Source: Heterodontus francisci
Taxonomy: Eukaryota
Reading direction: 5' to 3'
Assembly (NCBI RefSeq): GCF_036365525.1
Contig: NC_090387.1
Location: 89,321,691-89,385,690, forward strand
Length of the DNA stretch: 64,000 nt
Part shown: positions 37,300 to 50,470 of the stretch, in pieces
Layout: each line of letters starts with the position of its first letter
Numbering within the stretch: position 1 is the first letter of the stretch
The notes under the pieces: generated by a model
The model's input: only the letters and a program-made list of their open reading frames with translations
What the model was told of the DNA's origin: nothing
Databases searched by the model: none
Position numbers and translations under genes: made by a program

Positions 37300-38205
37300 G
37301 ATGACTCTATCTCTCCCCGACTATTTGGAGGCCTGTAGTACACTCCCAGCCAAGTGATTGCGCCCTTTTAGTTTTTAAGTTCTACCCATATGGCCTAATT
37401 TGAGGAACCTTCTAAGATATAATCCCTCCTTACTGCAGTAATTGACTCCTTGATCAACAGTGCAAAACCACCCCCTCTTTTACCCCCTCCCCTGTCTTGC
37501 CTGAAGATTCTATACCCTGGAATATTGAGCTGCCAGTCCTGCCCCTCCCTCAACCATGTCTCTGTGATAGCAATAATATCATAATCCCATGTGCTAATCG
37601 ACGCCCTCAATTCCTTGCTAGTAAAACCCCTTGCATTATAATAGATGTAATCCAGCCTTGCATTTTTACTTGGCCCGTTACAGGTCTATATTTGCTCTGG
37701 CTTCCAGACAGACTCAGTTTGTCTTCTATATTTGACTGTGCATCATCCCCTACTGTACCTCCACTCTGTATCCCATCCCCAGCCAAATAAATTTAACACC
37801 CTTCCCCCCTCCCCTCACGCGCCCCCCCCCCCCCCCGCCCCCCCACAAATAAAACGCGCAAAAGTCCCAGCAAAGACTTGTGGCCTATTCCAGTTCAGGT
37901 GCAACCCGTCCAGCTTGTACCGGTCCGACCTTTGCCAGAGGCAGACCCAGTGATCCAGGAAACTAATGCCCTCCCTCCTGAAACATCTCCTCAGCAAGGC
38001 ATTCATTTGTTCTATCCTCCTATTCCTATACTCACTGGCATGTGACACCGGGAGTAATCCAGATGTTACAACCTTTGAGGTTCTGCTTTTTAATCTGCTA
38101 CCTAGCACCCTAAATTCTTGTTGGAGGACCTCATCTCTCGTTCTACCTATGTCGTTGGTACCAATGTGTACCTTTACCTCTGACTGTTCACCCTCCTCAT
38201 TCAAG
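37300..38205 (-). mobile_element. CR1 5' portion: ORF1 esterase (SGNH-like) and start of the ORF2 endonuclease
   Basis: 37815-38204 contains VHIGTNDIG...DGLHLN; 37395-37610 contains DIIAITETWL; YYRPPNS at about 37320-37340. Confidence 0.88.
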
Positions 38206-38689
38206 GTTTAAGAAGTATTCTGGGCCCCAAAGAAAAGCAAGACCTACCTACAATTAAGGACCCTACAGCGAGCTCGAAGAACAGTAATGAAAACCATCTT
38301 CAGCTATTGCCTCAAACCTTTCCACGTTATTTCTTCTGCTCTATTCTGTCTCTACCTGCAAGTGTATTGTGCTTGGATTCTCACGTGGGCACAACATGTA
38401 TCTATAGGCGTCAACCGAATTTAGAGTTTAAGTTTAATATATTTCAACCTTTCTTCTTTAAATCTAAGAAAACCTGTTTGGTTGGTTTCTTTGCCTTATA
38501 ATTGGAAAGTAGTGAACAAGGATCCACTAAGTGGGAGCTAAAGAATTGGTGTGTTGAAAAATAAAACCCTGTTACGGTAAGATCAGGTGAAGGTTGAGAG
38601 GGAACCCTAGACCCCTTTCTCACCTGCTCATAACAGATTCCAGACACTTTTGAGACCCAACATAATGTGCATGGCTGGATACTAGGTGG

Positions 38690-40560
38690 CAAGGAAATCC
38701 TAGCCAGGGCTCACGACTCCTCTGAGAAATTCCCAGATACCAACTGAGCACTTACACAACGTGAAACTGTCTGCCATCAGTAATATCATTAAGCAGATCA
38801 TTGGGGTCCTTAAGCAGATTTTTACATGTCAAGAGGCCCTGCAGTACTAACCCAAGTTGGTGCCCAGATTTGTGATGATTTGCTGCATGCACCACAATCT
38901 GGTGATCGTGACAGTCCAGCCACTGCCACTAGAAATTATGCCTGAGTGTCAAGCTCAGAAGACACAAGTGGAGGAGGAGGAGGGAGATGGGGGCGAGGTG
39001 GGAGGAGTAGTACGTAAGGATTCTAGGTAGATGGCCCATGAATAGGAGGGATGTTCAATGCCGTTTATTTAAATGCCACACTTGAGAGATATTCTACACC
39101 ACTAGACTCCGGAGCATTCTTGCCACATGCTTTACCTTCCATTACTGAGCATCCATCTGGGAGTCCACCATCAACATTCAAACCTTTCAACTCCTTCCCC
39201 ATGAAGAATGCAATACAAATACCAGTTCAAGCACTACCCAATTATCATAACCATTCTTTACCTATACCAACACCAATCAATGAGAACAAGACATAATCAG
39301 TAGCACTGGAAAAAAAAACATTCAACCTGATGCTTACCCTTAGTAATTATCTTCTAAGTGCTGGTGCTTACTCTGGCTTTTCTACGAAGTTCAAAATGAG
39401 TGGCAGCAGCAGACAAGGTGGATGGATGCTGAAAATCTGAAGAGTGTTGTTTATAAGTCCTCCTACACCGCCCTGGAGAGGGAATGGGCTATGATGGCCT
39501 TGCTTCTGAGTTGCTTCAGAGTGCACCATCTCATCATGGTCTGGAGAAATCCGGGCTGCCGGGTTAGCAGGCAACTGCAAGAACAATGGTGGAGTGATGG
39601 TGGCGGGAGCAGCAACGGTGGCCTCCGGAGAGAGGCCAGTAGGTACCTGCTCCTTGATTAACACACCACTGCCTCGAGGTACCAATTCAGCTAGCCCAGT
39701 GATGTAAAGGGTAGATCTCTGGAGAGCTGAGCCACCCTGAATTCCCCTTTCAACTGATGAGTCAAGAGCCACTATGGCAGCTGCCTGAGCATTCCATTGC
39801 AGCACTTTGCAGTTCCATCAAAGATACTAGTAATGTAACAGGCGAAATTTGACTCCCATTGCATAATTCTGTGAAATGGAAGCTATTATGACTGCATTGG
39901 AATCTGTGACCTCATTCTTCAGATGTTGGGCTACACTGATCGCTGGATGGAATTGGACAACCTCCCCATGCTGGAGAGCATGTGGCCCAGGCTCTTCATC
40001 AACTCACGGGCCAAGATGGAGGCAGGCTCCTCCATCCCCCTAGCCATGATCCATAAGCTTCCAGGCAGACTGTCCATTGCACCAAACATTTGGTTTGCTA
40101 AATCTATCAGGCTTCCTCTGAAGGCCCTGCGAGGACTTGTGCATCAGAACTAGAATATGATCTTGCTGCCAGGCTATGTGGCACCTGTGGTGTCTCTTCC
40201 TGTTCTTCTGGGGGCAAAGTGGATCTTGTTCCTGGAAGCCTGCAATGATAAATGCTAAAGTGTAGTGTGCGTGATCACTGTAGGAGGAAGTGTGGCATGA
40301 GCTCATATGGAGCTTGTGAGTGAGAATATGTTTTGGGGATTAGGAATAGTAATGAATATGTAAGGATGTTGGGTTAGCAACATATCTTGAGGTGATATGT
40401 CACTTGCTCTGCCTGTGGCCGCAGCATCTGCCTATCCCAACTTGAATAGCACCAGTACTGTCTCTTACAGAGTGTCTTTCCCGTCGCAGGCACTGATACC
40501 GATCTTATTTGATATCTTGTCCTGGAAGAGAAAGAGTTATGATTGTAAATGAATGCATTG
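38690..40560. mobile_element. Decayed PIF/Harbinger transposon remnant
   Basis: The plus strand at about 38715-38905 gives TPLRN...NIIKQIIGVLKQIF...ALQY...ICCMHHNL (HARBI1-like transposase C-terminus). The adjacent region resembles the convergent second ORF. Boundaries are approximate. Confidence 0.6.
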
Positions 40561-40749
40561 TTATGTGTGTATGATGCCTCACATGGATGAAGACCTATAC
40601 CATGTTTCTGAAGTGTACAGTAGTGCCTCTGAAGGATTCAATATTGCACAAATGTTAGCGTAGTTAGATGGTGGGCAAAATACGTTAATGTTGTAATACT
40701 GGTGGTGCAGTGTCAAATCATTATTTTGTCAAATCATTTCATCAAATCA

Positions 40750-42850
40750 TTATTTTCCACCCCATTAGCCTCCACATTCAAAGGATCATCCTCTGCCATT
40801 TTTGCCACGTCCAGCCTGATGCCACTACCAAGCTCATCTTCCCCTCTCCTCCCCTGTCAGCGTTACGAAGGCATCATTCCCTCTGCGACATCCTGGTCCA
40901 CTCTTCCAATACCCGCAACACCTCGTCCCCTTCCCACGGTCCCATGTAATCGCAGGAAGTGTTATATCTGCCCCTTTACCTCCTCTCTCCTCACTATCCA
41001 AGGCACCAAACACTTCTTTCAGGTGAAGTACCGATTTGCTTGTACTTATTTCAATGTAGTACACTGTATTTGCTGTTCACAATGTGGTCTGTTCTACACT
41101 GAGGAGACCAAACGCAGATTGGGTGACTTTGCGGAACACCTCGGCTCAGTCCGAAAGCATGACCCCGAGCTTCCGGTTGCTTCCCATTTAAACACCTCCC
41201 CCGTATGCTCTCATGCCAACTCTCAGGCTTTTCTTCCTACTTCCCCTGGACTATGACGCCACCACTAAACATCAAGCTACTGTCCACAGGAATTTCACTG
41301 ACCTCATCTCCTATCGAGAACGTCCTTCTACAGCTTCCAATCTCTTAGTCCCAGAACCCCAGACGGCCCACTTCTACCACCTTCCTAATATCTACAAACA
41401 GGACAGTCCTGGCAGACCCATAGTTTTAGCCTGTTACTGCCACATTGAACGTATTTCTTCCTATCGACTCAATCTTTTCTTTCCTGCTCCAGTCTCTTTC
41501 CAACTACGTCCGTGACTCTTCTGAAACCCTACGTCATTTTGACAACTTCCAGTTTCCTGGCCCCAACTGCCTCCTCTTCACTGTGGACGTCCAATCTCTC
41601 TACACTTCCATCCCCCAAGAGGGCGGTTTGAGGGCTCTCCACTTCTTTCTTGAACAGAGACCCTACTTGTCCCCATCCACCACTACCCTCCTCCGCCTGG
41701 CTGAACTTGTTCTCACACTGAACAACTTCTCCTTCAGCTCCTCTCACTTCCTTCAAGTAAAAGGTATTATTATCATTATTTTCCACCCCATTAGGCTCCA
41801 CATTCAAAGATCATCCTCCGCCATTTTTGCCACGTCCAGCCTGATGCCACTACCAAACTCATCTTCCCCTCTCCTCCCCTGTCAGCGTTACGAAGGCATC
41901 ATTCCCTCTGCGACTTCCTGGTCCACTCTTCCAATACCCGCAACACCTCGTCCCCTTCCCACGGTCCCATGTAATCGCAGGAAGTGTTATATCTGCCCTT
42001 TCACCTCCTCTCTCCTCACTATCCAAGGCACCAAACACTCCTTTCAGGTGAAACAGCGATTTACTTGTGCTCCTTTCAATTTAGTATACTGTATTCACTG
42101 CTCACAATGTGGTCTCCTTTACATTGGGGAGACCAAACGCAGAATGTGTGACTGCTTTGCGGAACACCTCTGCTCAGTCTGAAAGCATGACACCAAGCTT
42201 CCTGTTGCTTGCCATTTCAACACACACCCCTGCTGTCATGCTCACATATCTGTCCTGGACTTGCTGCAGTGTTCCACTGAACATTAATGCAAGCTCGATG
42301 GACACATCTCATTTACCGATTAGGCACAATACAGCCTGCGGCACTGAACAGTGAGTTCAATAATCAGAGCATGACATACCCATTTTTAGTTTTAGTTTTT
42401 AAATTATTTTTTATTTGTTTATTTTATTTTAGTTTGTTTCCTAATTCTTTTTATTTTCACCAAGTGCCTACCTGCGTATTTTTTCATGTTTGTGTTTTGG
42501 GCCAGGGCTATTTATTTTTCTGTCAATTAACACCCTCTCTGCACATTGTCTTGCAGCACACCAGTAACATACCGTTTGCCTTTGCTCCATGATCTTCTGG
42601 TCAGTTATTCTCTGTGACCCTCTGTCCTATCAACACCTTCCCTGTTGTTATCTCTGACCCATCCCCACTTTATTCGCTTGAACCCTATTACATTTCTAAC
42701 ATTTGCCAGTTTTGATGAAGGGTCATTGACCTGAAATGTTAACTCTGCTTCTGTTTCCACAGATGCCGCCAGACCTGCTGAGTATTTCCAGCATTTATTG
42801 TTTTTGTTTAGGATTTCCAACATCTGCAGTATTTTGCTTTTATTGTTTTT
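40750..42850 (+). mobile_element. Penelope-like element (family A): RT and GIY-YIG fragments with an internal direct repeat
   Basis: RT: PGRPIV, YVRDSSETL, LFTVDVQSLYTSIP, LVLTLNNFSF. Endonuclease: PCNRRKCYICP...NLVYCIHCSQCGLLYIGETKR...EH. About 40750-41220 is repeated at about 41778-42243. Confidence 0.9.
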
Positions 42851-43184
42851 ATTATTATCAATATTTTGTGGAACTGGAGGCAAGTCCTCAAGGCAGTGCT
42901 CCTCGCTGTCGCTTCCTCGCCAAGCTCCTCTCACATCTGCTGCATTAGTTTTCTCTGTAGCTCTATTCCTCCTTTGGGTACAGATCGTCCCTCCTCCTCC
43001 GGACCTCCTTCACCAGGACCTCCAGGAGTGCATCTGAGATCCTGTGAGCCATCCTAATACATGGCGCTTTCTGTGAGCCTGGGAGAATATATCTCTTTTG
43101 AGACCAATACTAACTTAAAAGGAGGGAATAAATACAGTAATAGACAGTAACACAAAACGTTAAAGGAAGCTCAGCTAAATCAAA

Positions 43185-43345
43185 CTAAAATGTCATTCTT
43201 AGGGGTGATGATGCTCTTCAATCCTTTCGATGTCCACCGGTTAGGCAAGAACTCCAGTAGACTGGTGGATACCGTGTGCTTCCTCTCCAAGGAAACCTAG
43301 GTGCAACCTAACCGTGAAAGAGAGGCAGACAGTCCTGCCGGTTGT
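43185..43345 (-). mobile_element. Tx1/L1-like LINE 3' end fragment
   Basis: DCLPLFHG...VSLERKHTVST...RW on the minus strand, continuing the peptide type seen at 44900-45385. Confidence 0.5.
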
Positions 43346-44899
43346 TTCCTTCGACAGACCGCTATCCAGACCTGTTAGCAGCCACCTTGGCCAGACCTTG
43401 GTCTCTCGATGTGTCTGCTCGAGGCTACTTATACCACTTCACCAAATTTATTCGCAATTCGCACTTGAGTGCTAAACGTGCAGATTTAGCACCACCAGGC
43501 ATATTTAAATCATGGAAATCAGCAATTAGCCTCAGAAATTTTGGCTAAAAGACCAGACTTTTAAACAGATGTTTCTTATAACCACATCACCCATTTAATA
43601 TTTGTTTTAATCCTTTCTCCAAAATACCCCCTACTTTTCTAAAAAAAAATAAAGAAAAGTAGAGGCATCCTGAAGCTGATATAAAGAAGATTGAAAACAG
43701 TAGATACTTGTTTTCAAATATCTATATTCTCGTGCGATACTAAGGAGTTGCTATAAATAGGAATAAATTATCAACTATAATTATGAACGATAACTATAAA
43801 GTTATTACACTGTAAACTTGGTCAAGTTATCTGAGGTTGGAATTTCGGCGAACTTACAATTCACTGTCTCTGTTCCTATCGGTCTGTTTGATGATGCTGA
43901 TAGGCCTGTCTAAGAGCATAAAAATAAGAGCGGCAGTTTACCATACAGCCTGTCGAGCCTGCTCCACCAATCAATACAATCATTCCTGATCTTAAATGAT
44001 AGCACCTCTGATGTACAACACTCCCTCCGTACTCCACTTGGGTGCCAGTCTGGATTTCGCCGCTCAAGGCCTGGAGTGAGACACGTGACTCAGAGGTGAA
44101 GTATATATCAAATGAGTCATGGCTGACATTAAATGAAGGCATGGCATGATTTGAACCCAGGACCTCCTGCAAATTTTAACAGCCAACCCCAAAGCAGGAA
44201 TCACACTTCTAGAGCAATGGGCCACCCACTTTTGATTCTGTGGTTCGCGATGTGCGAGGCCGAATTGGCATTTCTGGTGCTCATCATCAACATTGGATTT
44301 GTAGATGAATAAAGGTAAACTCGAACTTAAAGCATAGATTTAATAGGAACTTTAGAAATGAAGTGAGAGCATCCTGGTGCGATACAGAGACAGAACAACT
44401 AGACTTTTATTTAAAGATGAAGGCAATATTGTCTGAGGCCAGACAAAAATGGAGGCCACCGGTTATTGTGAAGAGCAGTGAATTCAACAAGTATTTTTTT
44501 TAATGCTTGCCAATGGCGTATTACGGGCTTAACAGATTTGTTATCTGTTGTACATTCGATCCAATTGTCTTTCTAAAAATGGAAGGAATCGGGTGTGGTG
44601 TGTGATGGAATATTGACCATTGCCAGTTGACCATTCTTCCATTAGACCCAGCCTGTGTACTACAAGTTAAAATGTCCCTGTGATGTGCTTGTAGTTGACC
44701 TGCTCGCTAAACTTGCAAGTTTTGTTTGGGAACAAGCTACAACATCAAAACACAGATAACAGATTGAGCACAGGAGAAAACTGTGCACGGAGAAAGTGAG
44801 TATTGCATAATTAGACCCCTGCTTATTAGTTATGATTATAGAGCTACTGTTCAGTGGTCTTGTGAGCTGTTCAGACAGTTGGAAGTCCATTGTCCTGCC

Positions 44900-45385
44900 T
44901 ATTCCATACGCATGGAGTGATTTCTTGCACACCCTCCACTTCCTCTGGACATGCTGTAGCATTCCATACTGTCATCCGGAGGAGGTGCGGGACCCTAGAA
45001 GGGGGTTCTCTATGTGAGAGTCTGCCCTCATCCATAGGGGATTTGGCATCAAAGGTTTTGCATGGGGCAATTCCGTGTAATAAATGTTTAAGTTGATTCA
45101 CAGATTTCCAGGCCACCTGTAATTTCTGTGGCCAGAGGAGTCAGTGTGTCATGTCTATATTGAATGTGAGAGGCTGTAATCCCTCTTCCTGTATTTGAAG
45201 GAGCTGCCCTTCAATTTCATGCACCACTTCAGACCCACACTCCTGATCTTTAGCCATCCAGTATGGAGGGGAGCCGACAGATCAGACAATCCCTGGTGGG
45301 ATTGCTCTTGGGCACAGCCAAGGGGCATTAACAGGTCCAGGCATCAGGTGGTCATTTCGGATGACTGCTGCCTCTCTTCTGCGGT
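44900..45385 (+). mobile_element. Tx1/L1-like LINE ORF2 C-terminal (zf-RVT) fragment
   Basis: IGDLASKVLHGAIPCNK...CNFCGQ.ESVCHVYIEC...PTLLIFSHPV. Confidence 0.65.
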
Positions 45386-45389
45386 TATG

Positions 45390-45760
45390 ACAGCGTTGCA
45401 CATTTGTGTGTACTGGAAGCTACATATATTAATACACAGGGCCTGTTCTTTGCAGAGTGAAAGAACATGTACACACATTGTGCCTGCTTCAGCTCATAAA
45501 ATAATTGACAGCCATTTGCTGGTTCATCCATCAGGGCAATGCCTTGATCAATCAGAGTCAAACTGCCTGGTTTAAATTTCAAACAAAGCTTGACAGTTAA
45601 CTGTCAGTTACCATAAACTGGTGCATTGTCCATTTGACAACGAATCATCACTCTATTCTCATACAGTATAAAGTTGTTGCGTTCCCTTATATTGGCATTC
45701 TTGCAATATGTCCTGATAAGTGCAAGATGAAAAACTTCGACAACATGCCTCTATTTTCTC
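45390..45760 (+). mobile_element. Penelope-like element (family B) 3' end
   Basis: LEATYINTQGLFFA/RVKEHVHTL remnant plus a UTR homologous to 5609-6360, with a hammerhead-like core at 45709-45742. Confidence 0.7.
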
Positions 45761-46669
45761 TTATTTGCTTTTTCACTTCGACTCTGAACCTTCTATATTC
45801 AGCCTGGTTCTCCACACAATCCAGCCCTATGCCACTTTTATGAAGCAAAAAAATCCCATCAGCTTTTCACAGAATTATAGAGATAGAATAATATAGCACA
45901 TAAGGAGGCCATTTGGCTTGCCGCGCCGGCATTGTCTTTTTCTTGAAGAGAAATGCATGTCGTCCCATGCTCCTCCCCCACTCTTTTTCTACAGCATGGC
46001 AAGTTTTGTTCCTTCAAGTTCAAGTCCAGTTTCCTTTTGAAAATGACAGCTTTCAAGGTTCCAGACAGTGCATTCCAAATCCTAACCACTAGTTGTGCAA
46101 AATGTATTTTCCCACAGTGTGTCTGGTTCTTTTTCCAATCACATTATATATGTTCTCTCTGGTTATTGCCCCATTAGGCACTGAAAACAGTTTCTCTTTA
46201 TTTACTCTATCCAAACTGTTCATGACTTCAAACAGTTTTATCAATTACTCCTCAGCCTTCTCTGCTCGAAGTAGAAAAACAGTATCTTGTGCAGTCTATC
46301 CATGTAACACTAGAACCTTAACCCTAGACCCATTCTGGTGAATCTCTGTTGCAATCTCTCCAAAGTCTTCACATTCTTGTTGAGTGTTGCCCAGAATTGA
46401 ACGCAATATTCCATCCGGGACCAAACTAGTGTTTTATAAAGGTTTAACATAACTTTTGTACTTTATGTACATATGTATCAGGACTTTATGCATCAAGATC
46501 CCCGAGGCTTTATTAACTACTTTGTTAACATGTCCTTGCCACCCTCAAATATTTGTGCACAAAACACTTAGGTCTCCTTGCTCTCGCACTCTGTTTAACA
46601 TTGCACCAGCTTATATTGCCTCGCCAATTCTTCCTACCAAAGCATGCCACATCGCGCTTTCCTGAGGCC

Positions 46670-47780
46670 AGCATTTATTGCTTATTTACTTATTTACTTT
46701 GAGAAGGTGATGCTGAGCTGCATTTTTGAACCGGTGCAGTGCATGTGGGCTAAGTAAACCCGCAGTGCTGTTAGGAAGGGAGGTCCAGGAACATATCCCA
46801 GCGGCAGTGAAGGAACGGCGCTTTAGTTCCAAGTCAGGATGGTACGTGGCTTGGAGGGGAAGTTGTAGGTGGTGGTGTTCCCATGCATCTGTTGCCTTTG
46901 TCCTTCTAGGTGGTAGAGGTTGCGGGTTTGGAAGGTGCTGAACGAGCCTTGGTCGGTGTTGCAGTGCAACTTGTAGATGGTACACACTGCTGCCACTGCG
47001 TGTCGGTGGTGGAAGGAGTGAATGTTTGTGCATGGTGTGCCAACCAAGAAGGCTGCTTTGTCCTGGATGGTGTCGAGCTTGTTGACTGTTGGAGCTACAC
47101 CCAGCCATGCAAGTGGGGCATGTTCCATTTGCCTTGTAGATGGTGGACAGGTTTTGGGGAGTAAGGAGGTGAGTTACCACCGCAGTGTTCCTATTCTCTG
47201 ACCTGCTCTTGCAGGCACCGTGTTTATATGGCTGCTTCAGTTCAGTTTCTGGACAGTGGTAACCCCCAGAATGTTGATAGTGGCGATTCAGCAATCATAA
47301 TGCCATTGAATGTGATGGGGAGATGGTTATCTTTTCTCTTGTTGGAGATGGTTATTGCCTGGCACTTGTGTGGCGTGACTGCTACTTGCCATTCATCAGA
47401 GCAAGCCTAGATATTGTACAGGTCTTGTTGAATTTCTGCACGGACTACTTCAGTATCTGAGGTGTCTCATATGGTGCTGAACATTGTGCAATCATCAGCG
47501 TATATCCGCACTCCTGAACATATGATTGAAAGAAGGTTATTGATGAAGCAGCTGAAGATGTTTGGGCCTAGGATACTACCCTGAGAAACTTCTGCAGTGA
47601 TGTCCTGGAGCTGAGATGATTGACCTCCAACAAACACAATCATCTTTCTTTGTGCTAGTGCGACTCCAACCAGCTGAGAGTTTTCCCCCGATTCTCATTG
47701 ACTTCAGTTTTGCTAGGGCTCCTTGATGCCATGCTCGGTCAAACACTGCCTTGATGTCAAGGGCAGCCTCTCCCATCTCA
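46670..47780 (-). mobile_element. LINE family B (CR1/L2 group) RT and 3' end, nested in degraded CR1 fragments (about 45850-46670 and 47820-48130)
   Basis: ALDIKAVFDRAWHQGALAKLKSM (47576-47776) and KLDTIQDKAA (46823-47128). Confidence 0.85.
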
Positions 47781-50324
47781 ACTCTTGAGTTCAGTTCTTT
47801 TGCCCATCTTTGAACTAACGAGTTTAACCTGTTGCATTTCCATTCATTCCACCAAGTCCATTTCTACCTTCCTCACTGATAACGACACTTCCAAATTTCG
47901 TGTCCTTGGCAAATTTCAAAAATATGCCCTGTATCCTCATGTCCAAGTCATTAATATTCATCAAAGACAGTCGTAGCCCCAGTACTGAACACTGGGGAAC
48001 ACAATTGTGTATATCCATCCTGTCCAAAGAATAATCATTCCTCACTACTCTGTTTTCTATCTCTCAGTCGTTTTTGTATTTATGTTGCTCCTGTCCCTTT
48101 TATCCCACTTTTGCTAACAAGCTTTATTATGTCTCTGGCAGCCTATCCTCTCGTGAGATGATTTTTTGCACCTTTGTGGTCAACTCTGTTCTCCTGATGC
48201 GATAGATTCGGTCTACTTGTTGATCAGAGACCCTAAGCTTTGAGCACCCATTGAACCTTGTAAAATGTAGCAGGTGAGCACCTTACTAGTCAGGGGCTGC
48301 CAGACTTGAGGTGGGCATGAGCTAACTAGTGGGATGCGATGGTACCTCAGAGATAGACCACAACGAACCTGTTTCTCAAATCCAATCAAGTTGTGTTTAT
48401 CACTTGTACCTGTTGTCTCCCGCGTTGTGTTCATGCTTTGCGGTAGGACAAGAGTGTCCGCTCCAGGGCACAAGACTGGGCAAAAGTTATGGATACTCTG
48501 GGCTGCTCAAACGTCAGGTTCCCACTTCAACCTCCCAATTTGGGTACAAAAAATACACACCACTATGTTTGGCACCAGATTGTTTGCATAAATTGTTGAA
48601 AAGATGACATATTTAAGGCTCAGTCTGGCTTTGTGTTGCACTCCAGATTTTTTTTTGTCAAGGTTTACTCCCTTAGCCTTCATCTCTCCTGAGGTATCCA
48701 GAACTTAGTGGGACTATTTGTCCACATCTGAGAGTTTGGTTCATGAGTGCTGGGGCGTGTCCACATGCCAGTGGGTCTGCACACTGAATGTCTGGGGCAC
48801 AAACCTTCTCAGAATTCCTATGAAGTTTTAGCCTACTGCTGCAAGGGACCCAGTTTTGGTATGTCGCAATGTGGAGACAGAGCAGAGGACTTGTCAATGG
48901 AGAGGCAGTGCACTGAGAGGAAGAGACATGCGTATTGCCTTTCCTACTTGTATTGGTGCTCGCCGGCGGTGCAGGGTGAAAATGAGAAGCGCACTAACCC
49001 ACAAGCGGGAAGCACACTAAGTCTCCTCAGGCACATACTAGGCATATCACATCGACCCGTTGGAGATGCAATCTGTTATGTGGTGCTTTATTAAACGTCT
49101 TTTGAAAGTTTATGTACATGATATCAACTGCACTCTACTTATACAATTTTTGTGTTACCTGATCAAAAAACTCAATCAAGATAATAAAACCTTAACAATC
49201 TATGTTAGCTCTCTGTTATTGATCCAGGTTTATCCAAGTGACCATTAATTTTATCCTGGATCATTGATGTTAAAAGCATTCACACCATCACCGTTAAACT
49301 GAACTTGTCTGTAATTGGCAGGTTGATCGTTCTCCCCCTTTTTGAGCAGGGTGAAGTATTCGGAATCGTCCATCGGCTGACACAACCCCTCTCTCTCGGA
49401 AAAATTGAAAGTGGCCAGCTACTCCTCAATTTGTACCTTTACTTCCCTCAGCAATCTCGCATGCATCCATTCTGGACCTGGTGAGTTATTCAATTTAATT
49501 ACTACCAGTCTTTCTATATTCGCTTTATCTATGTCTAAATGGTTCCTTGGTCTACCGTTGTTTTTAATAGCATCATCAGATTCTGCTATCGCCTTCAAAG
49601 ATTTCAGCTCAAAGAGTCCAGTTCAGCAGTTGAAGTGTTACTCTTCGTTCTCCAGCGATAAACACTGCAGATCAGCAATAATTTATTACTTTTTTTTTAA
49701 GGAACTAATCTGGCTTGAAATTTTTCGAACTTTGAGAGATAAATAAGTAAACGAACATCTCTTCCATCAATTTAAATGGATGGGTGATCTCCCTTCTCCC
49801 TTCAGTTGCTGGCACACAGCTGTGTTAACAGTCTCTGAACAAAACAGTTTTTTTGCCAGCCAGTTTCAAAGTCAACAGGAACATTGGATGTTCTGCTCTT
49901 CCTCTCTGTCTGACTGTATTCAGGCAACCAAGATACACTTTCACATGGTAACTTCTGAATCTGGCTGCCTTAAAGAAGTCCTCATCTTTTGTTGCCTTAA
50001 AAGCACACTGCTATATTTCCGGAGAGGATAATAGATCATTTCAGTATATGAGTTACATATAATTACATAGAAATTAAGGCATAAAAGCAGTCCATTCAGT
50101 CCAGTGCGTCTATGTATGCCTTTATCCTCTACCGGAACCTCTTCCCACCGTACTTCACCTCACACTATCAGCAATCCTTTCTTCCTTACGTAAACCTAAT
50201 TGCCCCTTAAAATATATAGAGAGTTCCCATTAAACACAACGAATGACTTTGAAATATAGGGAAACAGAACAGCTACTTTTCGCATAGCAAGGATCCACAA
50301 GCAGCAATGAGAGACATTATGATA

Positions 50325-50470
50325 GAACTGTCAGTTCTGATGAAAGCTCACTGACCTGAAACGTTAATTTTGCTTCTCTCTCCAGAGATGCTGGCAGTCC
50401 TGCTGAGTAATTCCAGCATTTTTTTTTTGTTCCAGATTTCCAGCATCTGCAGTATTTTGCTTTTATTTTA
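50325..50470 (+). mobile_element. Penelope-like family A terminal fragment with an intact CTGATGA/GAAA core, flanked by DeuSINE-like remnants
   Basis: CAGTT-CTGATGA-AAGCTCACTGACCT-GAAA-CGTTA at 50332-50366; the downstream sequence matches 15215-15315. Confidence 0.75.
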
